This document shows positions 9,138 through 18,297 of a stretch of DNA of 64,000 nucleotides, piece after piece. The notes below the pieces were generated by a model that did not search any database, had not been told where the DNA came from, and worked only from the letters and a program-made list of their open reading frames with translations. How positions within the stretch are numbered: position 1 is the stretch's first letter; every line of letters begins with the position of its first letter. A program made the translations under genes and the position numbers. This DNA is from Candidatus Marinacidobacterium sp. (GTDB taxonomy: Bacteria > Acidobacteriota > Vicinamibacteria > Marinacidobacterales > Marinacidobacteraceae): NCBI GenBank assembly GCA_965220965.1, contig CBDCRI010000001.1:224001-288000 (forward strand), written 5' to 3'.

Positions 9138-10499
9138 GTGGCGGCCGCTGAGCGCGAGCTCACGCAACCGGCGGACCGCCTGTTCAGGCGCGCCGAGCCC
9201 GTGCTCAGCAGGCACTTCGGCCCCAGCGCCTGCGCCGTCGGCGGAGGCGCGGCGCTCGCTGCCCTCTGGGGCCACCGGCGCTGCGCGCGCATCGACCTCT
9301 TCATCGACGGTTCGGCGTACCGGGCCGTGGCCATGGACGTCCGGCGGCGGGCCGCGCTCGAGGACGGCCTGCTGCGGGCCCTTCGCCCGGTGCGCCTGGA
9401 CGTGGCGTGCGGACGCCTCAAGGCGCTGCTCGCCGGCGGCGAGGTCACCGTTTCCACGTCCCCGGCGCCGATCGCGGCGGACCGCCCCTTCCCGCACCGG
9501 GTGGCGGGAACATGGACCGCCCTCGAGCCGCCATCCCTTGCCCTGGCCCGCAAGATCCACGGGCGAATGCTCGACAGGGGCCTGTTCCTGGCCCGCGACC
9601 TGCACGACGCCGCGGCGGCCGCCTGCCTTGACCGGGCAGCGCTGGCCGCCGCCCTGGATGCCTTGACGGCAGGGGAGCGGGCGGCGCTTGGCGACGAGCT
9701 CGACCGGCTTGCGGATGCCCAAGGGGGCGCCGCACGGCTCTTGCCCCCCTTCAGGGCGGCGCTGGCCGGGGACTGGCCGGCCGCGGCCGCCCTGGGCGCC
9801 CCCGCCGCAGGCCGCTGGCCCTCGCCCGCGGACGTCCCCGACCTCCGCGCGGTCCGCGCCGCCTACGCCGCCGGCCCGCCCGGCGAGGCGTTCGCCGGCG
9901 TGCCGACCCGGGAGGAGCGCGTTGCGGAGAGCGAGCGCGCGCTGCTTGGCCTGTGCGTCGCGGGCGGGCGGGATCCCGCCGCCGCGCGCCTGGGGCCGCA
10001 CGGCGCCCTGCTCGGCGGCCCCGGCCAGGCAGGGCGGTGCCGCTCGCCGGCGTCCCGGCTGGCCGAGGACTACGCCCCGGTCCGCCTGGCGCCCCCCGCC
10101 TGGTTCTCGCACGACCGGCCGGCGGAGGGCGCCCAAGACGCTGGGCGGGGCATCCTCGCGATGCTGGTCGCCGCCCACATGGCCGGCGTGCCACGGGCGG
10201 ACCGGCCGACGCCCGACGCCTTGCGGCGGGCGTTCGACGCCGACCCGCCGAGTCCCCTCGAGCGGTTCTGGCTGCATGAGGTGCTGGCCTGCGGGACCGT
10301 GAGGGAGCTGCGCGCCCTCATCCAGGAGACGGGCATGCCGCTGGGCACGTTCGTCCGGGGGCTGCACGCCGCCGGCGTGCGGCGCCACGACGTGGCGGAC
10401 TGGATCAACCAGTTCGCGGTCGAGCCGGCGGTGGGAGAGCCCCGCCTAGCCCTCTGGAGGGCGCCGAAGGGCAAGGGGCGGGCCCCCGCCCCCGGCTAG
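9138..10499 (+). CDS. AbiEii-like nucleotidyltransferase (degenerate) fused to partner domain
   Basis: VGGGAALAALWGHRRCARIDLF and RDLHD resemble AbiEii motifs; C-terminal ADWINQF region resembles 41250-41855; start uncertain (GTG 9138). Confidence 0.7.
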   Translation: MAAAERELTQPADRLFRRAEPVLSRHFGPSACAVGGGAALAALWGHRRCARIDLFIDGSAYRAVAMDVRRRAALEDGLLRALRPVRLDVACGRLKALLAGGEVTVSTSPAPIAADRPFPHRVAGTWTALEPPSLALARKIHGRMLDRGLFLARDLHDAAAAACLDRAALAAALDALTAGERAALGDELDRLADAQGGAARLLPPFRAALAGDWPAAAALGAPAAGRWPSPADVPDLRAVRAAYAAGPPGEAFAGVPTREERVAESERALLGLCVAGGRDPAAARLGPHGALLGGPGQAGRCRSPASRLAEDYAPVRLAPPAWFSHDRPAEGAQDAGRGILAMLVAAHMAGVPRADRPTPDALRRAFDADPPSPLERFWLHEVLACGTVRELRALIQETGMPLGTFVRGLHAAGVRRHDVADWINQFAVEPAVGEPRLALWRAPKGKGRAPAPG

Positions 10500-12011
10500 C
10501 GCGGACGCAGGCCCCTTGGGAGCTGGAAGGGGCGCCGGCGCTTCCGGGCCGGCTCCGGCCGATTGCGCGCGGCCGTGCGCTTGGCGTCCGCCAGCGCGCC
10601 GCGCGCCTCGCGCAGCTCCTCCAGCGCCTCGCCCGACTCCCAGGCCATGGCCGCCTCCGGGCCGCCCGCGTCGTAGTCGCTGCGCACCGCGTCGAACCAG
10701 GCGTCGGGGTTGTCCATGACGACGCAGCCGCGGGCCACGAACACCAGCCCGCCGTGGCCGTTGCCGCCCCACGTGAACCCGATCCGCGCGTCCGAGCCCA
10801 CGTCCTCGAGCCATGCGGCGAGCAGGTGCGCGCAGAGCTCGACGGCCTGGGAGGACTCGGCGCAGTCGCAGGACACGGTCAGCAGCACCGGCGTGACGAG
10901 CAGGCGGTAGGCGTGCGGCAGGTGCCCGTCCGCGTCGAGGAACGCCGCCCTTTCCGCACGGCCCTCCGGGCCGTCGTCGAACAGGTCCATGGCGTCGGCG
11001 ACCCCCGCCCGGATTTCCCGCAACGCGGCGCGCTCCTCGTTGGACCACTCGGCCTCCCCCCTGCCGGGCGGCGGCCGCCCGAACAGCAGCGCCAGCCTGC
11101 GGGCATGGGCGGGCGGGACCGACATCACGTGGCTGACCTGGAACTCTATGGACATGGGGCCCCCTCTTCAGATTCGTCGCAGCGTCCGGTTGGCTGCGCG
11201 GCGCCTCGATTGTAGCGTTCCGCTGGGGATTGAAGACCCCGGCGGCCATGCGCGGCTCGGCGGGGTAGCCGTAGGGGTTGCCGATGCAGCGGGTGGCCCC
11301 CACGCGGTAGTCGTAGGGCTCGTGCGTGTGCCCGGACACCCACAGCTGGGCGCCCACCTCGCGCACCAGGTCGGGGCGGTCGTTGATGAAGTACGGGTTC
11401 AGCAGGTCGCCGTAGAAGCGCGGGTGGATCGCCTCCTTCGTCGGCGGCCAGTGCGTCACCACCACGTCGACCTCTCCGGCCGCGGCGCGCAGCCGCTCGG
11501 TCTGCTCGCGGTGGGCGCTGACGTGCCGGTCCACGGTCCAGGGCGCGCCCCAGCTGAAGCCCGGGTGGAAGTCCGTGATCGCGCCGCCCACCATCTCGTG
11601 CAGGCGCCTGCCCTCGACCGTGCGCGGGGAGGCCCCCCAGAGGTCGGAGTACCATGGACCGCCCCAGAAGCGGACGCCGTCGATCACCGCCGCCTCTCCG
11701 AGCAGGAAGAACAGGCCCGGCCGGGCGTCCGCCATCGCCTTCCAGTCAGCGTCGATCTCCTGGCGCATCTGCCGGCTGTAGTACTCGTGGTTGCCGGGCA
11801 CGTAGACCACCGGCGAGACGCGCAGCTCCCGGTCGATGAACTCAATGGCCTGGTGCTCGATGCCGATGTCGCCGGCGAGCACCAGCAGGTCGCGGCCGAT
11901 GAGGGGCTGGAAGGCGTCCGGCGGGGGCAGCGGGGCGCAGGGCCTGCGGCCGCGCCGGGCGTGGGCCTCCAAGTGCAGGTCGGAGGCGACCTGGATGGTC
12001 AGCTCGCCCAC
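10446..12011 (-). CDS. Calcineurin-like metallophosphoesterase (domain ~11200-12011; 3' extension probably from a lost stop)
   Basis: SDLHLE, LAGDI, VPGNHEYY, VTHWPP, SGHTHE, GNPYGY motifs. Confidence 0.85.
   Translation of the reverse strand: MGELTIQVASDLHLEAHARRGRRPCAPLPPPDAFQPLIGRDLLVLAGDIGIEHQAIEFIDRELRVSPVVYVPGNHEYYSRQMRQEIDADWKAMADARPGLFFLLGEAAVIDGVRFWGGPWYSDLWGASPRTVEGRRLHEMVGGAITDFHPGFSWGAPWTVDRHVSAHREQTERLRAAAGEVDVVVTHWPPTKEAIHPRFYGDLLNPYFINDRPDLVREVGAQLWVSGHTHEPYDYRVGATRCIGNPYGYPAEPRMAAGVFNPQRNATIEAPRSQPDAATNLKRGPHVHRVPGQPRDVGPARPCPQAGAAVRAAAARQGGGRVVQRGARRVAGNPGGGRRRHGPVRRRPGGPCGKGGVPRRGRAPAARLPPARHAGAADRVLRLRRVLPGRRALRAPARRMARGRGLGRADRVHVGRQRPRRAGVRGPRLRRHGQPRRLVRRGAQRLRRGRPGGGHGLGVGRGAGGAARGARRAGGRQAHGRAQSAGAGPEAPAPLPAPKGPASALAGGGGPPLALRRPPEG
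10496..11155 (-). CDS. Hypothetical protein
   Basis: GAGGGG RBS and TACAAT -10 upstream; ELCAHLLAAWL...IGFTWGG..GGLVFV. Confidence 0.7.
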   Translation of the reverse strand: MSIEFQVSHVMSVPPAHARRLALLFGRPPPGRGEAEWSNEERAALREIRAGVADAMDLFDDGPEGRAERAAFLDADGHLPHAYRLLVTPVLLTVSCDCAESSQAVELCAHLLAAWLEDVGSDARIGFTWGGNGHGGLVFVARGCVVMDNPDAWFDAVRSDYDAGGPEAAMAWESGEALEELREARGALADAKRTAARNRPEPARKRRRPFQLPRGLRPR

Positions 12012-12322
12012 GGACGCCCTCCCCGGTCCCGTGCGGGCCGTGCAGCGGCTCCTGGGCCTGGCTGGCCAAGCCGATGGTCCGCGGCGGGGTCAATCGCCGC
12101 GGGGGCGCTGTAGCGGTTCTCGGGCACCTGGGCCTCCGTTCAAGGACAGGACCGCATTCTAGCAACGCCCGGCCTCGGTCGCGCTGCGCTGGCTCATGCC
12201 GCGTTCCTGGGGCAGCGTCTTGCCGGAAGGGTCCAACGCCGCAGCCTGCCGCCGGCCGCGCCCCTTCGCCGCCAGCCCGGCGGGTGCGACAATGGCGGCC
12301 CCCATGCCCAGGGCTGCCCTCG

Positions 12323-13285
12323 ATGGCCAGGCCGGTTTCCCCAGTTGAGGTGACGGCGGCGGAGCGGGACGAGCTCCGCGCCCGCGCCCGCTCGCCTTCC
12401 ACCGCGCCCCGCGACGCGCTGCGGGCGCGGATCGTCCTGCTGCGCAGCCAAGGCCTGAGCCAGGTTGAGGTGGGCCGCGAGCTGGGCGTGTCCGCGGCCA
12501 CGGTCAACAAATGGTCGCAACGCTTCGAGCGGCTGGGGCTGGAGGGACTGGCGGACCGCCCCGGGCGCGGCGCCAAGCCGAGGATCCCGCCGTCGGCGGT
12601 CAAGAGGGCGCTCGCCCTGGCCCGAGAGGGGGGCGGCGGGCAGCGACGGCCAAGCGTGCGCGCCGCGGCCGCCGCGGCGGGCATCTCCGCGTCGAGCGTG
12701 GCCCGCATCTGGCGCGAGCACGGCGTCCCCGCCCGCCGCGCCAACGCCCCGGTCGCCTGGGACTTCGCCGGCCTGTACCTCGACCCCCCCGTCCGCGCCC
12801 TCGCGCTTTGCCGGGCGCCACCGCCAAGCGGCGCGACCCCACCGGAAGCCCTGCCCGACCCCGTGGGCCTGCTGGGAGCGATTGCCCTTCTCGACGCGCA
12901 GCTGGCGGCCACCGCCGGGGACGCGCAGGCCCATGTGGGCTGGCTGCGCTTCCTGCGGCAGGTGGACCGCGAGACCGGCCAGCTGGCGGTCCACGTGCTG
13001 GCTGACGACGGCGCCGCCCAGGCGCACGCCGAGGTCAGCTCCTGGCTCGCCCGACGGCCGCGCTTCGCGCTGCAGCTGCAGGCGCCGACCGCCCCGGGGT
13101 CGTGGCTGCTCACGGTGGAGCGCTTCCTCGCCGGCATCGCCGGGGAGTCAGCCGCAACGAGCCTTGCGTCCCTAAGCGCCCTGCAGGGCGACCTTCGCGA
13201 ACGGCTCGCGCAGCGCGCCGCACAGCGGCGCCCGTACCGCTGGACCGCAGGAGGCGGCCGCGGCCAAAGGCCGAGGATTATTTAA
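12323..13285 (+). mobile_element. IS630-family transposase derivative, probably catalytically dead
   Basis: N-terminal HTH (ALRARIVLL...TVNKWSQRF..GLEGLADRPGRG), GLYLDPP, SWLLTVERF, PYRWTA; the LCVDEK first catalytic Asp is replaced by LCRAPP. Confidence 0.8.
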
Positions 13286-13327
13286 ACCCTTTCACGGCAC
13301 GGGCGGCCGAGGTTATTTAAACCCTTT
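13269..13327. repeat. Two direct copies of GGCCGAGG(A)TTATTTAAACCCTTT at the edge of the AT-rich origin region
   Basis: Copies at 13269-13292 and 13305-13327. Confidence 0.8.
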
Positions 13328-13523
13328 TGTTGCACAACCAGCCCTCCCGCCCCATCGCTTGAAAAGCTCTTATTCCCCCTTCCCGTTCCGGCAACCGCCC
13401 AGCGGCCGCGGGGCAGCGGCGCGATAAGTTATTGGACATATAGGACAGGAATATAAGGGCTCTGGGATTGGACCCTGAAACCGGCGGAAAATCAGCTACT
13501 TGCGGATATTTTCGGGAAAGGAG
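13278..13523. other. AT-rich putative DNA unwinding region of oriV
   Basis: Non-coding and markedly AT-rich (e.g. GATAAGTTATTGGACATATAGG, GAATATAAG); abuts the iterons. Confidence 0.6.
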
Positions 13524-13763
13524 CGTTGCAGTTGGACTGCTCGGGGTTGCAGTTGGACGAGCCCGAGCGTTGCGCTTTGACTGGAGGCGTTGCAGTTGGA
13601 CTGACACCGTTGCACTTGGACTGTCCGCGTTGCAGTTCGACTGGTTCCGTTGCAGTTGGACTAATTCCGTTGCAGTTCGACTGACACCGTTGCAGTTGGA
13701 CTGATCCCGTTGCAGTTGGACTGGATTCGTTGCAGTTGGACTGACCGCGTCGCAGTTCGAGCG
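13524..13763. repeat. Iteron array: 12 copies of CGTTGCAGTTGGACTG consensus
   Basis: Units start at 13524, 13545, then every 20 bp from 13568 to 13748; ends about 50 bp from the repA stop codon. Confidence 0.9.
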
Positions 13764-13810
13764 GTTCCCAGGCGGATCGACGCGCCCGCTCAGCGGGGCG
13801 TTGGTCAGGG

Positions 13811-15064
13811 CTAGGCGTCCCGGCCCGCCGCCGGCCCCGGAGCGTCGATCAGGACGCTCGCCGGGCGCATGGGCACGGGCGGTGGGGAGTGGCGCAGCTG
13901 CAGGCGGTCGCCGGCGATCTCGACGTCGAACCCGGAGTGCACGCGGGCGATGGCGGTGAGGTCCGAGGCCAGCCGGTGCTTGAACATCCGCAACCCGGCC
14001 ACGTCCGGGGCGAAGATCGGGTGCAGCGCGGACAGCCTGATGGGCAACGGGCGCCCCTTCGGCACCCGGGGCAGGCGGTAGGACAGCCACGAGTACAGGT
14101 CCATGCGGCGCGGGCTGCGGGTCAGCTTGCGCAGGTGCGCGAGGTCCACGGGCACGGGATGCTCGGAAACGGCTTCGTAGAAGCGCTCGGACAGGCGAAC
14201 GCCGACCTCAACCGGGCCGTCGTCCGCGCCGAGGCCTTGGCCCCACCAGGACAGCCTGTCCGCCACCGCAAGCAGGGCGAAGCTCTGCTCCACACGGCCC
14301 TCCTGCCCGAGGGCGAACCGGAAGCTCGCCGTGGCGACGTTCTCGGTCTCCCGCGCCAAGGTCCGGGCGTTGTGCGCGGTGTAGGTGACCCCGACGAAGT
14401 TCCGCACGTAGTCGTGCACGGTGCGTCCGAGCGGCACCTCCCTGGTCCGTTTCATCAGCGCGTGCCGCGTGATGGTCGGCAGGATCAGGCGGGCCATCGA
14501 GCCGGACGGCACGGCGCAGTCACGGGCGGGCCTGCCGGCCGAGGCGGGCAGCGTGCCCGCCACCACGTCCAGCCGCGCGAGGCCGTGGTTTGCCGACCAG
14601 AGGCGCTGACCGGCGGGCAGCTGGCGCTGGGGCAGGAAGCACTGCATGAGGATGCCGTGGGTGAAGCCTATGTCGCGCCCGAGCAGCGCCTCGTCCGCCT
14701 CCCGGACCGCGGCGGCGTCCCGCTGGTCCGGCGCCGGCACGCGCGCGGAGGCCCGCCTTCTGGCCTCGGCCAGCAGATCGTGCCGGGCGTCGGCGGGGAA
14801 CGCCCGCCTGGCCTGGTCCTCGTGGTCGTTGGTGACCCGATCCGTGTCCCCGGCCTTCAGGAGCGCGTGGAACAGCCGGCCCGGCGTGCCGAGGGAGTCG
14901 TCGGCCAGCGCCTTCATCGCGAGGGCCAGGAAGTCCAGGACGGCCTTCTCGCCCACGTCCCAGAAGCCTCGGCGGACCGCCTCAAGGTAGAGCGCGCCGA
15001 GGCGCTGGGGATCAGTCAGGTCGCCACGCTCGATGTGGCCAAGGTCGACGCCCGGCCGCGTCAT
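13811..15064 (-). CDS. repA: Plasmid replication initiator, RepA_C (IncW-like) family, with N-terminal extension
   Basis: IGFTHGILMQCFLP, VPSGSMARLIL, LSERFYEAVSEHPVPVDL, SPRRMDLYSWLSYRL; adjacent iterons. Confidence 0.85.
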   Translation of the reverse strand: MTRPGVDLGHIERGDLTDPQRLGALYLEAVRRGFWDVGEKAVLDFLALAMKALADDSLGTPGRLFHALLKAGDTDRVTNDHEDQARRAFPADARHDLLAEARRRASARVPAPDQRDAAAVREADEALLGRDIGFTHGILMQCFLPQRQLPAGQRLWSANHGLARLDVVAGTLPASAGRPARDCAVPSGSMARLILPTITRHALMKRTREVPLGRTVHDYVRNFVGVTYTAHNARTLARETENVATASFRFALGQEGRVEQSFALLAVADRLSWWGQGLGADDGPVEVGVRLSERFYEAVSEHPVPVDLAHLRKLTRSPRRMDLYSWLSYRLPRVPKGRPLPIRLSALHPIFAPDVAGLRMFKHRLASDLTAIARVHSGFDVEIAGDRLQLRHSPPPVPMRPASVLIDAPGPAAGRDA

Positions 15065-15490
15065 CCGAGGCGGTGCCTGCGCGGCGCGGGACTTCGGGAG
15101 GCCGCCGGTCGACGCCCGGTACCCCCAGCGCGCGGCGACCCGAAGGGGCCACCCTCAAACGCTTTCCCGCATGCCCCGAGACGCTCGGGGAAAATCTGAA
15201 CAGGCATGGCCGGAAATCTAACAAACCCCGTCCGGGCAAATCAACGGAATCTGCGAAAATGGCGCCGCAAAGATCCCTTCTGCAGCGGAAGGCGGCGCGC
15301 CCCGGCCGGGAAGCGCCACGCCAGGATGCGGAAGTCCGGGAGGCCGCGGGCAGCGCCCCGAAGGGCCGGCTTCCCCCGCTAGGCGTCCAGGCGGCGTCAG
15401 CCGCCGCAGCGCTGCTGGAGCGGGGGGCGGGCGACGGTGGCACAATGCCCCCGCCCAGCCACCAGGAGCGCCCCCGGCGCCCATCCCCCA

Positions 15491-15748
15491 ATGGCTAAGA
15501 TCGCTGACGTCAGGCCCTGCTGGAACCGCACGAACCGCGTCGCCGCCCGGCAGGAGGGCGCCAAGCCGGTGGCCGAGGCCCGCGAGGCGCTGCTCGGGCG
15601 CACCGGCAAGCTGGAGGATCTGAAGCGGGCCGCGCAGGCCTACGCCGAGCTTTGCCTGGCGGAGGTGTGGATCGCGGCGGAACGCGGGCGGACGCACATC
15701 GTTGAGCCGGCCCCGAGGGAAGGGTCCAGTCCCGGCGCAGACTCCTAA
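15491..15748 (+). CDS. Small hypothetical protein
   Basis: ATG 15491 downstream of TGGCACAAT; directly precedes the LRR gene. Confidence 0.5.
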   Translation: MAKIADVRPCWNRTNRVAARQEGAKPVAEAREALLGRTGKLEDLKRAAQAYAELCLAEVWIAAERGRTHIVEPAPREGSSPGADS

Positions 15749-15790
15749 AATGGCTTCCACCGACCAGCGTGAACGAGCAAGGAGGCGACC

Positions 15791-17398
15791 ATGCCGGAAC
15801 TGATTCGGGCCGAAGAGGCGAAGGCCATCATCCTGAAGGGCGAGGCGAAAGGCTCCCTGAACGTCAAGGGCGACCTGCGCTTCGGCCCGCAGGACGGCTT
15901 GGAGGACCACATGCTGCCCCCGGGCCTGCGAGTCGACGGCGAGCTGGGCCTGGACGGCTGCGACATCACCCATGGGCTGCCCTCCTGCGAGGTTTCCGCG
16001 CTGTCGATCTCCATCAGGGCCTGCGCGGGGATCAAGGAGGTCTCCAGCTGGCGGGCGGCCACGCACGCGCTGATCGCGGACTGCCCGGCGCTGACCGCGA
16101 TCAGGGGCGTGACCGTGGCCGAGGGCGCGCTGCGCGTGGAGCGGTGCCATTCACTGCGCACGCTGAGCTTCGGCGCGCTGGAGCGCCTGCACGTCGAGGG
16201 CTGCGCCAGCCTGGAGAGCGAGGGGCTCCAGGGCGGCTGGGCGGACGCGGCCTCGCTGGTCGACCTGCCCCGGCTCAAGTCCGCCGCCATCCTCCACAGG
16301 ACCGGCCACCTGGAGCTGGTCTCCTGCCACGCGCTCGCCAGCCTGGGGAGCGAGGGGATCACCCGAGGCGAAACCGTCCGCGTGACGGACTGCGCGCGCT
16401 TCGAGCGCCTGGCCCAGCCCAAGGAATCCCCTTGCCTGCTCACCGGCGACCTGCTGGTGGCGGACTGCCCGAGGTTCCAGGGGATCGACCCGGGCGCGAC
16501 AGTCAACGGCGACGTGCGGATAACGCGCTGCGCGGACTTCGCCCAGAAGCACTTCCAGTTCACCGTGGGCGGCGACCTCGTCCTGCGCGAGTGCCCGGAG
16601 CGGGGCCGGGCGGTCGAGGAGTTCCGGGTCGGCGGCTCGGCCTACAGAAGCGACGGCCCGCAGGAGACCGCGGTCATTGACTCCTACAGCCCCCTGCGGT
16701 CGTGGGTGGGGGCCACGCACGACCCCGAGAGGAACGAATGGCGGGAGGACGCCTCGGCCGGCATCGACCCGCACTGCGAGGTGGCGCTGGACGGCTGCCT
16801 GGTGACCGGGCCGGGCGAGATGCCGCCGCACCTCGCCGCAACCTTGGAGCATGCGGCGCAAGTGGCGGTTTCCGGCACCGCCTTTCGCCTGCCGCCGCTG
16901 TTCGCCTGCCGTCCGGAGGACGCCTGGCGGCTCAGGCACATCCCCGCCCTGGTCGCCGTGGAGCCGCTTTGCATGGATGCGGAGAGCGGCGAGTGGCGTC
17001 CGCTGGCGGGCGACCCCGGGGTGCGCAAGGCCCCCTGCGCCGTGCGCCTGACGACCAAGGGCGGCAACGCGTCGCTGCGGCGGCGCACGGTGCGCGTGCC
17101 GGCACTGCTCGGCAACGACCGCGGCCTAGGGCTCGAGGCGGCGCCGATCGCCGTCGACCCGGACCACCCGGCTGCCCCGGCTGCATCGCGGGCCCTTGAG
17201 GCGCTGAGCGACGCCCTGTCCAAGGCCTACTTCCGTCCGCAGGCGCTCAGCGCTGCGGACAAGGAGAGCGGCCGACGGGCCAAAGAGGTAGACGCGTTCC
17301 GAGAGCGCGCCGTGGGCTTCGCCAAGGGGGCGCTGGACAAGGCCGGGGAGTCGCCCGCCCCAAAGCCGAAGGCCAAGCGGCCCTCGCCCTCCCCCTGA
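15791..17398 (+). CDS. Leucine-rich-repeat-like protein (xIxxCxxL repeats) with unrelated C-terminal domain
   Basis: AAGGAGG RBS; repeats IRACAGI, IADCPAL, VERCHSL, VEGCASL, LVSCHAL, VTDCARF, VADCPRF, ITRCADF, LRECPE; ends KRPSPSP. Confidence 0.75.
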   Translation: MPELIRAEEAKAIILKGEAKGSLNVKGDLRFGPQDGLEDHMLPPGLRVDGELGLDGCDITHGLPSCEVSALSISIRACAGIKEVSSWRAATHALIADCPALTAIRGVTVAEGALRVERCHSLRTLSFGALERLHVEGCASLESEGLQGGWADAASLVDLPRLKSAAILHRTGHLELVSCHALASLGSEGITRGETVRVTDCARFERLAQPKESPCLLTGDLLVADCPRFQGIDPGATVNGDVRITRCADFAQKHFQFTVGGDLVLRECPERGRAVEEFRVGGSAYRSDGPQETAVIDSYSPLRSWVGATHDPERNEWREDASAGIDPHCEVALDGCLVTGPGEMPPHLAATLEHAAQVAVSGTAFRLPPLFACRPEDAWRLRHIPALVAVEPLCMDAESGEWRPLAGDPGVRKAPCAVRLTTKGGNASLRRRTVRVPALLGNDRGLGLEAAPIAVDPDHPAAPAASRALEALSDALSKAYFRPQALSAADKESGRRAKEVDAFRERAVGFAKGALDKAGESPAPKPKAKRPSPSP

Positions 17399-17439
17399 CC
17401 TGGCGGGCGGCCAAGCCGCCACCGCTGACGCCAGCCGCC

Positions 17440-18147
17440 TCACATCCCCGGAGGCGGCGCCATCCCGGCCCTGCCCCGGACGAGGCCGCCCTCGAGAAGG
17501 CGCGCGGCCCCGTCGAGCCCGACCGCGCGCAGCAGGGCGGCCGCCTCGCCAAGCCCGGCGTCCGTGGCCGCCAGCGACCGGCGCAGCCCAAGCTCCGAAG
17601 CGCTCCGGCCGGCCAAGGCGCCCTGCCGATCGAGAAGGGCCGCCGTGGCGGCCAGCCCCAGCGCCCGCGCCGGCACCCGGCCGGCAGCGCCCACCAAGGC
17701 CCGCGCCGCTTGGGGGCCAAGCCGCCCGAGGCCAGCCGGAGCCGGGCTCGCGGAAGTCTCGAAGACCGGGCAGGCCGTTCCGTGGCGGGCGGGCGCCCGG
17801 CCCAGGCCGATCCGCCCGGATCGGACCGCGGCCCGGCAGGCTGCGTCGACCTCGAACGACCAAGGCCCGAAGCTGCGGTGGATGAAGCCGATGCCGCGCA
17901 GGCCGGCCCCGCTGCAGTCCGCGAGGCAGGCCTGCCAGTGCAGGGGCGCGCTGCCGACCACGCGGCCGCCGTTGAGCCCCACCAGGGCCACGATGACGTC
18001 CAGCGCGTCCACCGGCACCTTCCCGGGATTGGGCGCAGCGGCGGCGGGCGCAAGCCCCGGGGCCGCCGCGGGCCCGCCCGCCGGGCGCCGCCAACGCCTG
18101 GCCGCCCCGCATGGCTCGCCGCCGCCGATCCATTTGCCTCGCGCCAT
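17440..18147 (-). CDS. YwgA/SocA-like winged-helix antitoxin-related protein (degenerate)
   Basis: GRVVGSAPLHWQACL...FIHRSFGPWSFEV resembles G-R-x-x-L-Q-K...F....YGPYS. Confidence 0.5.
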   Translation of the reverse strand: MARGKWIGGGEPCGAARRWRRPAGGPAAAPGLAPAAAAPNPGKVPVDALDVIVALVGLNGGRVVGSAPLHWQACLADCSGAGLRGIGFIHRSFGPWSFEVDAACRAAVRSGRIGLGRAPARHGTACPVFETSASPAPAGLGRLGPQAARALVGAAGRVPARALGLAATAALLDRQGALAGRSASELGLRRSLAATDAGLGEAAALLRAVGLDGAARLLEGGLVRGRAGMAPPPGM

Positions 18148-18297
18148 GGGCTGGCCGCCTCCCGCTCCTTGGTCTCCCGGCTGATTGTAGGGCTTGGGGC
18201 CGAAGCGGGCCGGGCCGGGCCAGGCCCGGAGCCCGGCCGGGTCGGCCGCGCGGCCCGGCGAAGCGGCCCCTGAGCGGATCGGCGGGCCGAACGGCGG

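Noticed and set aside
12290-13330. Active IS630 element with terminal inverted repeats
   Set aside because: No matching inverted repeats were found by eye and the DDE triad is incomplete.
13524-13763. Repeat array as a CRISPR array
   Set aside because: 16-bp units with only 4-7 bp between them and adjacency to repA fit iterons, not repeat-spacer structure.
13317-14090. 257-aa ORF with ATxxVQLQRxQSNC repeats
   Set aside because: It is simply the translation of the iteron array.
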